From the IMG/VR virus record IMGVR_UViG_3300033145_002663, positions 28,470-92,469 of that record: 64,000 nt of DNA. The stretch is one strand, 5' to 3'. This DNA comes from a virus. The position numbers and the translations under genes are program-made. Position 1 is the stretch's first letter; each line of letters starts with the position of its first letter. Positions 46,757-56,784 of the stretch are shown piece by piece. A model generated the notes under the pieces. The model was not told where the DNA came from. It did no database searches and saw only the letters and a program-made list of their open reading frames with translations.

Positions 46757-47284
46757 ATGCCCGATAAAAATAAGGACGACCCTGTAACAATCGACAAAAA
46801 TGTTCTTAATACCCTGATAAGCGATCAAATGTCGGCGTTTGTGACTCAGTTGTCGTCACAAGTGGCCAAAGAAGGTGTGGCCGGAGAAAAAACGACTCGA
46901 TCCACTGTTGAATCTGATATCAGCGATCCGGGCCATGCAGAGGCCATGCAAGCTTCAGTGGTTAGGGGAGATAGCGCTGCTGCTGCTCTTCAGCTCATGA
47001 TGATTTCCGGTGATTATTCTTTCAATAACATGGTTCGAAGTCAGGCCCAGACAGTTACCCACGCCATGGACCTGGCATATGCCTCCATTGCCAAGAAACT
47101 TGATATTTCTATGGTAGATCACGGAGATGCGTCCTTTGACAGGCTTATTAATATTGATGAACAATCGGCATGGTTGAACCGAATCTTTAGGAATGAGAAT
47201 TTTGCGGATGCACTCCAGGTGGCCATGACGAACTTTGTCAATGCCGTATGGGAGAAAATCCTTGAAGTGAAAGAAGAAGCATAA
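46757..47284 (+). CDS. Hypothetical helical protein, stand-alone transcription unit
   Basis: Own promoter, AGGAG SD and terminator. Confidence 0.75.
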   Translation: MPDKNKDDPVTIDKNVLNTLISDQMSAFVTQLSSQVAKEGVAGEKTTRSTVESDISDPGHAEAMQASVVRGDSAAAALQLMMISGDYSFNNMVRSQAQTVTHAMDLAYASIAKKLDISMVDHGDASFDRLINIDEQSAWLNRIFRNENFADALQVAMTNFVNAVWEKILEVKEEA

Positions 47285-47316
47285 AAGACCCACACCAAAG
47301 CCCCAGGTGTTTCCGG

Positions 47317-47352
47317 AAAAGCCGTGGTTTTTAATTAAACCCGGCTTTTTTT
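47317..47352 (+). terminator. Intrinsic terminator
   Basis: AAAAGCCG...CGGCTTTTTTT. Confidence 0.65.
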
Positions 47353-47353
47353 G

Positions 47354-47382
47354 TTGACAAATTCAATAATAAACTCTAAAAG
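47354..47382 (+). promoter_or_regulatory. Promoter with operator in spacer, upstream of portal
   Basis: TTGACA-AATTCAATAATAAACTC-TAAAAG. Confidence 0.55.
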
Positions 47383-47457
47383 TTAAATAATTACCCGCCT
47401 TTCAATCCTATTTGTGTAGGAATTTAATTAAAAACTTAGCTTTAGCAGGGGTTTTTT

Positions 47458-49089
47458 ATGAATTCCGACGCCAATATGTCCTTTGAAGAAATCCAGAACA
47501 AAATTCAGGAAATCCCGGACGAAGTTTTTTTGCACCTGCAGGCAACCATGCCGTGGCAGCCGGGAATATTGCACGATGCTAAAACAACCGATGCTGATGG
47601 TTGTCCGATTGGCAGCGCGGATTTTAAAGACGACGATTCGGGTAGCCGTGAGTTTCTGCAAACCGAGTGCTGGCGGATGTTCAATAAAAATCCGCAGGTT
47701 TCAACTTCTGTGCGGGGTGCCGCCGGCCGGATTACCGGGCTGGGATTTGAGCCCACCTCAGAAATTTGGGCTATTCAGCAGGTTTTGGAAGACATCGAGT
47801 ACGATCCGAGAAACCGGCTGTATCATTATTGGCCCAAGTATGTTGTCCGCGCGATTATCGAAGGAGAATTATTCTTAATTCTAACCTGTCATACTGACGG
47901 GTTTATCGAGGTGGATTTTTTAGACCCGTCCCAATTAGACACCAAGGGCGACGAGAATTCCGGCATAATCTTTCATCCCACCAAGAAATTGTTCCCCTTG
48001 TTTTACTGTATCCGATCCAAGGATTCCACCGGCCAGGAATACACCCAGCAAATTCCGAGCATTAATATTGCCCGATACCCGAACCTGGTTAACGCATTGA
48101 ATGGTAACCGGTGGTTTAATTCGGTTGAGACTAAAGCGTCCCGTCATAGCGATCAAAAATTTAAAAAAACTGGTGGCTACAATCGGTTTATCGTGTCATG
48201 GGACCGTGGTTTTTTAACCCGGCGCGCCGTGAGTTATTTACGAACCGTGCTTGAATGGCTGAATCATTACGAGACGTTAAAAAAGTACGAGATCGACCAT
48301 AAGAAATCATGCGGCGCCTACGCGTGGACGTTCACCTTTGAGGATGTGAAAGCATTTAAACTATGGGTTTCGCTGTCCGAGGAAGAGCGCAAGAAGACCG
48401 CACTGATGCAGCCGATTATTCCCGGGAGTAAATTGTTTGTTCCGCCCGGGATGAAGCTGGAAGCTAAAAGTCCGCAGCTGCCAAAGATTAGCGGTCAGGA
48501 CACGGATATCATGGAAATGGCAATATCCGGTTTAAACGAGTCCGCCGATGTTACTACCGGTACCGTAAAGGGCACATATGCCAGTGTGAAGGCTACCCGC
48601 GGACCGATGAGTGACCGGACATCCGATGAAATCGCGGATTTTGACCGGTTTTACCGGCACGATTTCTGGGGGTCCGTATTTTTTTTAAAGTCCGCCCTGA
48701 CCGATTTTAAGGCATATTTTGAAGTTGAGGAAGCGACTTCCTTTGATAACGGCAAGGAAAAATTTGAGAAGGTCAAGCGCAAGCCCCAGTTTTTGGTGGA
48801 TGTGCAGTACCCGATTTCAAACACCATTGATCTTGAAAGTATAATTAAAGCCTTGTTTGGAGTTAAGCACGGGCCGCTCACTGAAACCGTAGGTATTCCG
48901 CCGAGCAAGGCCGCAGAGATGGCCGGTATTGGTGGGTATGGCCGGAATCGGCTAAAGAAAGCCACGGAGGATAAAAAATACCCGAAATTAATTTACGCGG
49001 ACGGCATGGACCCGGAATCCAAGCAGGAGAAAACCGAGGGCGAACTGACCAAAAAGAAGAAGGAGGCTCAAAATGCTCAAAAAGATTAG
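47458..49089 (+). CDS. Portal protein
   Basis: 543 aa after TerL; NP.V..V....I.G.G, EGELF, G...GTYAS motifs of lambda-type portals. Confidence 0.8.
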   Translation: MNSDANMSFEEIQNKIQEIPDEVFLHLQATMPWQPGILHDAKTTDADGCPIGSADFKDDDSGSREFLQTECWRMFNKNPQVSTSVRGAAGRITGLGFEPTSEIWAIQQVLEDIEYDPRNRLYHYWPKYVVRAIIEGELFLILTCHTDGFIEVDFLDPSQLDTKGDENSGIIFHPTKKLFPLFYCIRSKDSTGQEYTQQIPSINIARYPNLVNALNGNRWFNSVETKASRHSDQKFKKTGGYNRFIVSWDRGFLTRRAVSYLRTVLEWLNHYETLKKYEIDHKKSCGAYAWTFTFEDVKAFKLWVSLSEEERKKTALMQPIIPGSKLFVPPGMKLEAKSPQLPKISGQDTDIMEMAISGLNESADVTTGTVKGTYASVKATRGPMSDRTSDEIADFDRFYRHDFWGSVFFLKSALTDFKAYFEVEEATSFDNGKEKFEKVKRKPQFLVDVQYPISNTIDLESIIKALFGVKHGPLTETVGIPPSKAAEMAGIGGYGRNRLKKATEDKKYPKLIYADGMDPESKQEKTEGELTKKKKEAQNAQKD

Positions 49090-49558
49090 TTTAATATTTG
49101 CGATCTTGTTTTTCATGGCTCTGCCGGTGCATGCGGCGTGGGATATTGACACAGAGGTTTCTGCTACTTCGGCGCATTGGATTAAATTTAAGGTGGTTTG
49201 CACTTCTGATGGCGATGCTTTGACTGCTACGGATTTGGTCGCTGAATTTGAAGAGCAGATATCAAAGAAATATGTGCAGGGATTATCTGCCATCTGGTTA
49301 AGAGTGGTTCCAGGGACCGAGGATGTTATTCCGAACACCACGATTAATATTACCTTGACCGACGAAGAAGAAGAAACGCTCTGGTCAGAAACCAGTATCT
49401 CAAAAGACGGATCTACCGAGCATTTGTTATATACGTCAGAGAATGGCGATTCAATCGGCATGTGGCCGCCGATTTTAGATAAATTTTATTTGGCAATAAA
49501 TGATATCGGCGATGAAGATGATCAAGTCACATTGATTTTTCATTGCTGGTTTGAATAG
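49073..49558 (+). CDS. Exported beta-rich protein
   Basis: Signal peptide ending VHA. Confidence 0.7.
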   Translation: MLKKISLIFAILFFMALPVHAAWDIDTEVSATSAHWIKFKVVCTSDGDALTATDLVAEFEEQISKKYVQGLSAIWLRVVPGTEDVIPNTTINITLTDEEEETLWSETSISKDGSTEHLLYTSENGDSIGMWPPILDKFYLAINDIGDEDDQVTLIFHCWFE

Positions 49559-49568
49559 GGGACTGACT

Positions 49569-50531
49569 ATGAAAAGAATATTAAGCTATCTTTTAATCTC
49601 GTTTTTTTTAATGGCAGGGACAGCCTGGGCGGACCCTCCATCAATTCCTCCTTTTTCAATTCCAAATTTAACTATTACTAAAAATTTTAGACAGCATCAA
49701 GGCTTAGACGTTGATAGCGCAAACGCCATGACTCTTGGGAACGGAAACCTGTTCGACATTACCGGAACTACGACGATTAACACGATTGCTACAAAGGGTA
49801 TTGGAACCATTGTGGTTCTTGAGTTTGACGGTATTCTTCAGTTGACTCACTCAAACGATTTGTTTTTGCCAACGGCTGTCAACATCACGACCGCTGCCGG
49901 GGATATTGCTGCTTTCTATGAGTATGCGGCGGCTGATTGGCGTTGTTATAATTATATGAGGGCTGATGGTACGGCCTTGGTGAGCAGTGGTGGAGATATG
50001 GAAGCTGCAAGCTATCCTACAATAGTATCCCTTGAGGGTCTTACACTCACAAATGGGGATATTGTATATGCCACCGGCGCGGATGCTTTGGCAAAGCTGG
50101 ATCATGGAACTGCAGGATACAAACTGACTGCTAATGGTGTAGCTGCTCCAACATGGAATGCCCTAAGAGAACTTTCCACCCAAAATCACACCGCAACCGG
50201 CAACATTACCGAAGCTCATATACTCGCAAACAAATGGCACACCAACAACGGGGCAAGTGCTGAGATTGATTTAACCCTTCCTGCTCTGAGTTACACGGTG
50301 AATATTATATTCATTGTTCAGGATGCTTTTATCAGTGAGATCAATCCTCCATCTGGTGAATTGTTTGACCATGATGGTGATGATCTTGATGCAAACGATT
50401 GCATTGATCTTTCCATAGTCGTCGGAGATAAGATTGGATTTACCCGACTACTTCTTGCTGATGGTTCAACGTGGAGATGGTCAACGGATACGATTCGTGG
50501 AAACCATGTTGATACGGGGGCAAGCGACTAA
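49569..50531 (+). CDS. Exported fibre or spike-like protein
   Basis: Signal peptide ending AWA; ITGTTTI..I...F.GILQLTH...L.LPT..NITTAAGD and GDIVYA...L..GTAG..L phage fibre motifs. Confidence 0.7.
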   Translation: MKRILSYLLISFFLMAGTAWADPPSIPPFSIPNLTITKNFRQHQGLDVDSANAMTLGNGNLFDITGTTTINTIATKGIGTIVVLEFDGILQLTHSNDLFLPTAVNITTAAGDIAAFYEYAAADWRCYNYMRADGTALVSSGGDMEAASYPTIVSLEGLTLTNGDIVYATGADALAKLDHGTAGYKLTANGVAAPTWNALRELSTQNHTATGNITEAHILANKWHTNNGASAEIDLTLPALSYTVNIIFIVQDAFISEINPPSGELFDHDGDDLDANDCIDLSIVVGDKIGFTRLLLADGSTWRWSTDTIRGNHVDTGASD

Positions 50532-52353
50532 TGAAAAAACTCATATTATCAATTCTTTGTAGTTTGTTGCTTTGTGGGCAGGTGTGGGGGGCAACTTATG
50601 CAATTGGCTCTGATGGCGATTATGTTTCATGGGCGGCTATGGAAGCCGATGGAAAACCAAGTGCTAATGATACAGTACAGTACAAAAAAGGCGAAACATT
50701 CAGAGAGTCTTTTACTGTAGATGATAGTAGTTTGGCAATTGAAAGTTATGGAGCAGGTGCCAGGCCCAAACTTTCTGGTGCTACGACTCTTGGAGCCTGG
50801 ACAGATACGACAGCAAATGATGAACATTATATAGCAGTTCCTGTTGATATTGATGGGACTAATAAAATCCGCTTTTTGCTTAAAGACGGTGTTCCAGTTG
50901 ATAGGCTTGACGATGATTCACAACATGACGGGGCAGGAGCTAATGAGCTTGGTGCTGGACAGTGGTGTTTAGACACAGGCAATACAAGAATTTATTATGT
51001 ATTAGATGGTGTTGAAGCTGACATGACGGGTTCTACGTGGGAGGCTGGATACGGCCTAATTATGGACTTGAATGGTGCTGACAGCCTCACAATTGATGGG
51101 TTAGAGTTTTATGGGGGTTCACGTCAGATATATACAGATGATGAAAACAAAGTGGAAACCATTTTAATAACTGACTGCGTTTTTACCGCTGCCGGTCTTG
51201 TCGCAATTTGGCCACAAAATGCTGATGGTTTCGATATAGGAGATCAAACTACATTAGCAACTTCAACTTCATGGTCTAATAAATTTCAGTACTGTCGTAT
51301 GGATATACTAACAGGAGGAGGTGGAGGTCCAGAGTAAATACCGGCTATAATTATGATGAAGACAACGCAGGAGGGCATTGCGTTGATATAACCTCTTTTT
51401 CTGATGGGTTTGTGTTTCAATGGAATCTTATCGAAGGGTATGCTTACTTTGGCGGAGAATTACACAGTCCTGCTTTTAGTCGTGGGATTACACTATCTTT
51501 TGATGGTGCACAGAATGTAAAGATTTTAAATAACTGGTTTAAAGACAATTATTTAGGGGGCATAGCTTTTGGTGAAGATCCAGATGCCAGTCGAATCGGT
51601 TCTGGTGCTATGATAATCAATAATATTATTTCTGGTATTAATTCAAGTTCTGTTACTGATACTACTACTCTTACAGCTGTAAGAGGTATTAGAATGACAA
51701 TCGACAATGCTGACCCTGTTGATTTTGATGCACTTATTTCCGGGAATGTTTTTTATAATAATGGAAATGCAAACGGCAATAATAACAACGGGGCATACTG
51801 TTTATATTTGGGAAATAATGCAGATGTGATCATAGGAACAGTCGAGAACAATATTTTTTATAATAATACAAACAAAGGGGATTTGCGGTTAAAAACAGAT
51901 GATGGAAATGGGTATACCATCACTGTTACACTTGATAATAATCTATATTATCGTCCAGCCGGAGATTATATTCTTGTGGGTCAAGGGCCACTATCAAGCA
52001 AACTTGATGAATATCCATCAACCCGTTCTTTTGCTGACTTTAAAAATGGTATTGGTGATGCTGATGAACCAAATGCAGCCGAAAGTAATTGGGACGAAAT
52101 AACCAGAACTGGGGGAAGTAACGAACTTAATTCAGACCCCTATTTCGTATCAGCAACAAACTTCAACCTCCAAAACAAATCCCCCTGCATAAACGCCGGA
52201 ACAGATCCTTTCTCTGACGGTGATGGGGATCAATACGATATGAAAGACCGGCTGGTATGGTCAGACGTAACCGATGCTCCCGTAGGTCCGTGGGCTGATG
52301 GTGTGGATATTGGCGCTTATGGGGATAACACAGGACCGGCGATAGGGATGTGA
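50531..52353 (+). pseudogene. Exported parallel beta-helix protein split by a frameshift at ~51283-51334
   Basis: Signal peptide, KKGETFRE, I.NN repeats, NNIF.NN, SDP.FV...NF.LQ..SPCINAG...DIGAY; second frame is open upstream of 51412. Confidence 0.7.
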
Positions 52354-52438
52354 TGATACTCACATTGTTTTTCGGGATAGATAAACCTGATCTTGATGGG
52401 TATAATATTTATCGAAGTGCAACATACCTGCGCTGATC

Positions 52439-52549
52439 GCGGCGTTGAACAATATCTCCGTTGGCGATATTACCGGGACCGAGGTGGACAATGACGGGTC
52501 CGCCATCTCCCTGGCCGGCGCGTTCAAACTGATACTATCAGGACGCTAA
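52439..52549 (+). pseudogene. Remnant copy of the 3' part of gene 54088-56091
   Basis: AALNNISVGDITGTEVDNDGSAISLAGAFKL vs AALNNLSVADITGTEVDNDGTAISLSGAFKL. Confidence 0.85.
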
Positions 52550-52664
52550 AAACAGGATGTTACTGGTTATAAATTTATTGTGACATTTTAGAAAACAACT
52601 ATCGAGAATGACCCAACAGGAGGACATTCGAGACGTCCATAAATAAGTAAATAAAGGAGCAACC

Positions 52665-53021
52665 ATGAAAACAATCACAACAATTCTATGTATTTTAATT
52701 ATGACCTTGGCAATGGCAGGGGTGGCGTGTGCTGATGTTCAGTTCACGGTAAATTGGAATCAGAGTGCCGATGCTGTAGCTACCCTGGATAAGCAGGAAG
52801 TTCTTTATGACTCGGCTATTAAGAAAACGCTTGCATTCACGAACCCAAGCGATCCGCATAGTTGTGTGTGGGTAGAATCGGGGATTGACGTTGCTGACGC
52901 AATTGGGAAGGAAGTCTCGATTAGAACTTGGAACACCCAGGGTCTTTATACAGACACGTCGCTTACAATAGGATTGACTGCCGGGGCAACAGGGTTGACG
53001 ATATTCTTACTTCAGCAATAA
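52665..53021 (+). CDS. Exported small beta-sandwich protein
   Basis: AGGAG SD; signal peptide ending ACA. Confidence 0.75.
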   Translation: MKTITTILCILIMTLAMAGVACADVQFTVNWNQSADAVATLDKQEVLYDSAIKKTLAFTNPSDPHSCVWVESGIDVADAIGKEVSIRTWNTQGLYTDTSLTIGLTAGATGLTIFLLQQ

Positions 53022-54091
53022 GAATATTATGCCTGCTATTATGGCTACCGTGTTCAGCATGTGCATTAAATCTAAGTTTCACATGGGACGCAAACACAGA
53101 ACCCGACATAGCAGGATACAGGGTATTTTGTCGAGAAGCGGGACAAAGCTATGACTATAACAATCCGTCATGGCAGGGAACTGAAACCGAATGTACTCTT
53201 TATGGGCTGGGTGAAGATGCAACATACTACTTTGTTTCAAGGGCTTATGATGTTTATGAGAATGAAGGCGTTGACTCTGATGAATTGTTTTGTGAAGGTA
53301 GTTCATCAGAATATCCACTTGGAGCGACTAATTTACAGGTTGAATATGAAGGGGTTGGTCTAATGGCAATTACGCCTCAAGCGAACGATACCGCAGATAG
53401 CTATGGTGCAACAGCAACACTAACCTTATCGGTCAATGTTGCGACAGGAGATTTGATTGTTGTCAGTGCAGGATCTTTCTCAACCTGTGCTATCACGGGT
53501 ATATCAGATGATGACGGTAATAGCTATACGTTGCGGGATGAAATGGAAGACCCGGTTCATGCTCTTACTTTAAGGCAAGGATATGTTCTAAGTGCAACTG
53601 CTACATCTTCTCCGCTTGTAATTACTGTTACATTTGCTGCGGGTACGGAACACAGGTCGGCGGCGGTCGTTATTTATACTCCTGATGGTAGTGAGACCGT
53701 TACGCTTGATTGCGCTGCTACGAAGTATGGGGCTGCCGAGGCTTCTCCATTTGAAACTGATAGTAATTCAAGCACGACCGGAGATGATGTAGTGGCTCAT
53801 GCCGCTATAATAATCAATGGTGCATCGGCATTAAGTAATCATGAGATACCAAGTGGTGTAGCAGCGGATGCAGTAATAGCAGACGATGTGAGAAACCTTA
53901 CAGTATTTTACAGGATTTTATCGAGTACGGTTAGTAACATAGAAGCTGAGATTGATAGTTCGGGTGCTGAAACTTATGCCTTTGAACTTTTATGCTTCAA
54001 GTCTGTGGCAGCAGGCGGGCTTTCAATACCAGGATTCTTTGGAGCAACACTTTCTCCGGTATTACCTTTATTTAAAGGGAGTAATTTATGA
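52928..54091 (+). CDS. Fn3-domain protein fused to a virion-type beta domain (probable internal start 53363)
   Basis: FTWDANTEPDIAGYRV...YYFVSRAYD; MAI...ATGDLIVV..GNSYT. Confidence 0.7.
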   Translation: MEHPGSLYRHVAYNRIDCRGNRVDDILTSAIRILCLLLWLPCSACALNLSFTWDANTEPDIAGYRVFCREAGQSYDYNNPSWQGTETECTLYGLGEDATYYFVSRAYDVYENEGVDSDELFCEGSSSEYPLGATNLQVEYEGVGLMAITPQANDTADSYGATATLTLSVNVATGDLIVVSAGSFSTCAITGISDDDGNSYTLRDEMEDPVHALTLRQGYVLSATATSSPLVITVTFAAGTEHRSAAVVIYTPDGSETVTLDCAATKYGAAEASPFETDSNSSTTGDDVVAHAAIIINGASALSNHEIPSGVAADAVIADDVRNLTVFYRILSSTVSNIEAEIDSSGAETYAFELLCFKSVAAGGLSIPGFFGATLSPVLPLFKGSNL

Positions 54092-56091
54092 GTCAATACA
54101 AACACGCAGAAATAGGCGACGATGTATATTTCTGGTTCGCGGCAAACTCAACATCCGGATCAGGAGACGATGGGGCAAGTCCACTTTATGATGTTAGATT
54201 AGCCGGAGCCGCTTCGGACGCTGCTGCAAAGGCAAGTGGTTCTCCTACACTATTGTCTCACGGAGATTATGGGGCAGGTCTACACGAAATTGCTATTGAC
54301 ACTGATGGATGGGATGCCGGGGAGTACGCTGTGTTCTGCACAATCACGGTTTCTGCGGTAAATCCTGCGGGGTTTTGCGGGAGCTTCTTACTGAGAACGG
54401 CTGGAGCCGGAGCACTTGATGTAAATACTACTCATGTATCAGGAACAGCACAAACTGGTAATGATAACGGCGCTGATATTAACAGTATCCTTACAGCCGT
54501 TGGAACCACCCTTGACACCCTCATTAAAGCTATCCCAACCAACACAGAATTTGCGGCTCTTCTTGGTGCAATAGACACCGCAGCAAACACAGGGGCGGTT
54601 GCTGCTGATGTTACGCTTATGGGATACATTAAACAATTAATCAACGTCTTAATGGGTGGGCCGGGAATAGCTGCATGGCCTGCCGGGGTAGCGCCGGGAA
54701 ATGGCGTTTCTATCGCAGAAGGTTTAAGAAAACTCTATGAAGACAGAACACTTGCGGCGGCTGACTATACAATAGTTGGGGACTTGGGAACTGTACAATC
54801 AGCCGACAATAACACCATCCTTGCTCATGCGGATTACGGGCTTGCCAAGCTTGTAAGATCTACCACTCCGGCAAACAAGCTTGATATTTCAGCCACAGGA
54901 GAGGCAGGGCTTGATTTTGACAATATAAAGAATGCGTCAGGGGCACACACTCTGACAAATATTACAGTTCCTATCGTGACCACGAATACCGATATGAGGG
55001 GTACGGATGGAGCTAATACTGTCGAACCAGATCCCGTTGGCACTGCAGCTACACCAGCTGAGGTTGCGACAGCATTGGAAAATATACATCTTGATCATCT
55101 ACTAGCAACTACGTACGACCCAGCCTCCAAACCTGGTGTTGCTGATGCTCTTTTAAATGAAATAATCGAAAGTGATAGTGGTGTGTCGAGGTTCACCGAG
55201 AACTCGCTCGAACAAGCTCCTTCAGGCACAGGAGCAAGTGCAGCTACTATTGCCGATGCTGTTTGGGACGAAGATCAGGTAGACCATACAGGGGCTGGAA
55301 CATTTGGAGTTGTTGCTTCTGAAATAGCAAGTATTCTTGATGATACGAACGAACTTCAAACTGATGACTTGCCAACATTAATTGCAGCACTACCTACTGC
55401 CGTAGAAATCCAAGCTGAAATGGAAGAGAACGGAGCTTCTATCCTTGACACACTGAGAGACGACCTTGCAGACGGTGGCAGACTTGATCTCCTTATTGAC
55501 GCTATTAAAGAAAGAACGGATAATTTACCGGATGATCCAGCGGACGATTCGGATATTGATGCTCAATTAGCGGCCATTGTTGGATATATTGATACAGAAA
55601 TTGGTACAATTATAACGGCAGTCGGAACAACACTTGTAAACCATTTGCTTGATATCAAGGGGACAGGGTTTGCAAAAGATACTCATTCGTTGCCACAATG
55701 CTTGACTGCAACAGGTTTTAGTACCCATGATGCGGCGGCGGTAAAAACAGCCATTGAAGCGGCTGGAAGTCATCTTGCGCTCATCAAGGCTATTTCGGAA
55801 GCCTTGCCGGATTCCGGAGCGTTAACCTCATTGGCCACGGCCACGGCTTTGGCTGCGCTGAACAATCTCTCGGTTGCGGACATCACCGGGACCGAGGTGG
55901 ACAATGACGGGACTGCTATTTCGCTGTCTGGGGCTTTCAAATTACTATTGGCAGCATTGACTGGCAAATCATCGGGCGGCGGTACATCCACCCCCGCTTT
56001 TAGGGATATTGCGGATACAAAAAACCGGATTTCGGCCACCGTGGATGAAAACGGTAACCGGACCGCCATCGGCACCAGGGACGCGACCTAA
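54088..56091 (+). CDS. Ala/Asp/Thr-rich putative virion fibre protein
   Basis: IADAVWDE, DGGRLDLLIDAI, FRDIADTKNRISATVDENGNRTA modules. Confidence 0.7.
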   Translation: MSQYKHAEIGDDVYFWFAANSTSGSGDDGASPLYDVRLAGAASDAAAKASGSPTLLSHGDYGAGLHEIAIDTDGWDAGEYAVFCTITVSAVNPAGFCGSFLLRTAGAGALDVNTTHVSGTAQTGNDNGADINSILTAVGTTLDTLIKAIPTNTEFAALLGAIDTAANTGAVAADVTLMGYIKQLINVLMGGPGIAAWPAGVAPGNGVSIAEGLRKLYEDRTLAAADYTIVGDLGTVQSADNNTILAHADYGLAKLVRSTTPANKLDISATGEAGLDFDNIKNASGAHTLTNITVPIVTTNTDMRGTDGANTVEPDPVGTAATPAEVATALENIHLDHLLATTYDPASKPGVADALLNEIIESDSGVSRFTENSLEQAPSGTGASAATIADAVWDEDQVDHTGAGTFGVVASEIASILDDTNELQTDDLPTLIAALPTAVEIQAEMEENGASILDTLRDDLADGGRLDLLIDAIKERTDNLPDDPADDSDIDAQLAAIVGYIDTEIGTIITAVGTTLVNHLLDIKGTGFAKDTHSLPQCLTATGFSTHDAAAVKTAIEAAGSHLALIKAISEALPDSGALTSLATATALAALNNLSVADITGTEVDNDGTAISLSGAFKLLLAALTGKSSGGGTSTPAFRDIADTKNRISATVDENGNRTAIGTRDAT

Positions 56092-56280
56092 ATGGCACTA
56101 CTAACTCCGGGATATTGGCCGGATACGTTTTGGCCGGCAAGCTATTGGCAGGATGAATACTGGCCGGATTATGCCCTGGTGGCAGGCCTGGGCGTGATTA
56201 TCGACCCGACAATTGGTTCCTTGACGCCCGTCAGAACCCTGGTATCAGCAACAGTACAGCGGACAATTGAGGAAAAGTAA
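56092..56280 (+). CDS. Small Trp-repeat virion protein
   Basis: GYWPDTFWPASYWQDEYWP. Confidence 0.6.
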   Translation: MALLTPGYWPDTFWPASYWQDEYWPDYALVAGLGVIIDPTIGSLTPVRTLVSATVQRTIEEK

Positions 56281-56609
56281 TGGCCGAAACATTATATTTA
56301 GGGCATGATAATGTAATAGATCGTCAAGCCAAAATTGATGGGTCCGCAGAGGATTTATCTGCCGTCACAAAAATTACGGCGACATTTGACGATATTCTTG
56401 TTGAATCAACAAGCCATATTTCCGGTGAAATTCGCTGGAATAATACCGGGTATTCAAGTGGTGAAATAAGACTATGCCTTGGTAGCAATTCTGAAATTAT
56501 TCCGGGGGCCTACAATGTTCATATTGTTACCTATGATTCGGATAATCTCAACGGTGTGGTATGGGGTTCAATCGATATAATTGTAAAGGGCGAGGTTGAA
56601 GCGAGTTAA
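56280..56609 (+). CDS. Putative structural Ig-like (BppU-like) protein
   Basis: DGSAEDLS...GEI.L.LG. Confidence 0.5.
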   Translation: MAETLYLGHDNVIDRQAKIDGSAEDLSAVTKITATFDDILVESTSHISGEIRWNNTGYSSGEIRLCLGSNSEIIPGAYNVHIVTYDSDNLNGVVWGSIDIIVKGEVEAS

Positions 56610-56612
56610 AAA

Positions 56613-56655
56613 GTTCATTTTTTACTTGCAAAGTTCAAAAATAAACAGTATGGGT
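56613..56655 (+). promoter_or_regulatory. Promoter of capsid operon with operator in spacer
   Basis: TTCATTTTTTTAC-TTGCAA-AGTTCAAAAATAAACAG-TATGGG. Confidence 0.5.
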
Positions 56656-56723
56656 TTAAAAATAAACTAAAAATTAGTGCAAGTTATCTGAGATTTGGCC
56701 GTCTTCGGTAACAATTTTTACTT

Positions 56724-56774
56724 GGGAATGATAGCGGGCGTCCCGCCGCTTGCTATTATTCCCTTTTTCTTTTT
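56724..56774 (+). terminator. 17-bp stem plus U-tract immediately before the protease RBS
   Basis: GGGAATGATAGCGGGCG / CGCTTGCTATTATTCCC then TTTTTCTTTTT. Confidence 0.75.
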
Positions 56775-56784
56775 GGAGGGCACT

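Noticed and set aside
52439-55950. DGR template/variable repeat pair
   Set aside because: Differences are mostly synonymous third-position changes, not adenine-specific, and no reverse transcriptase is in the window
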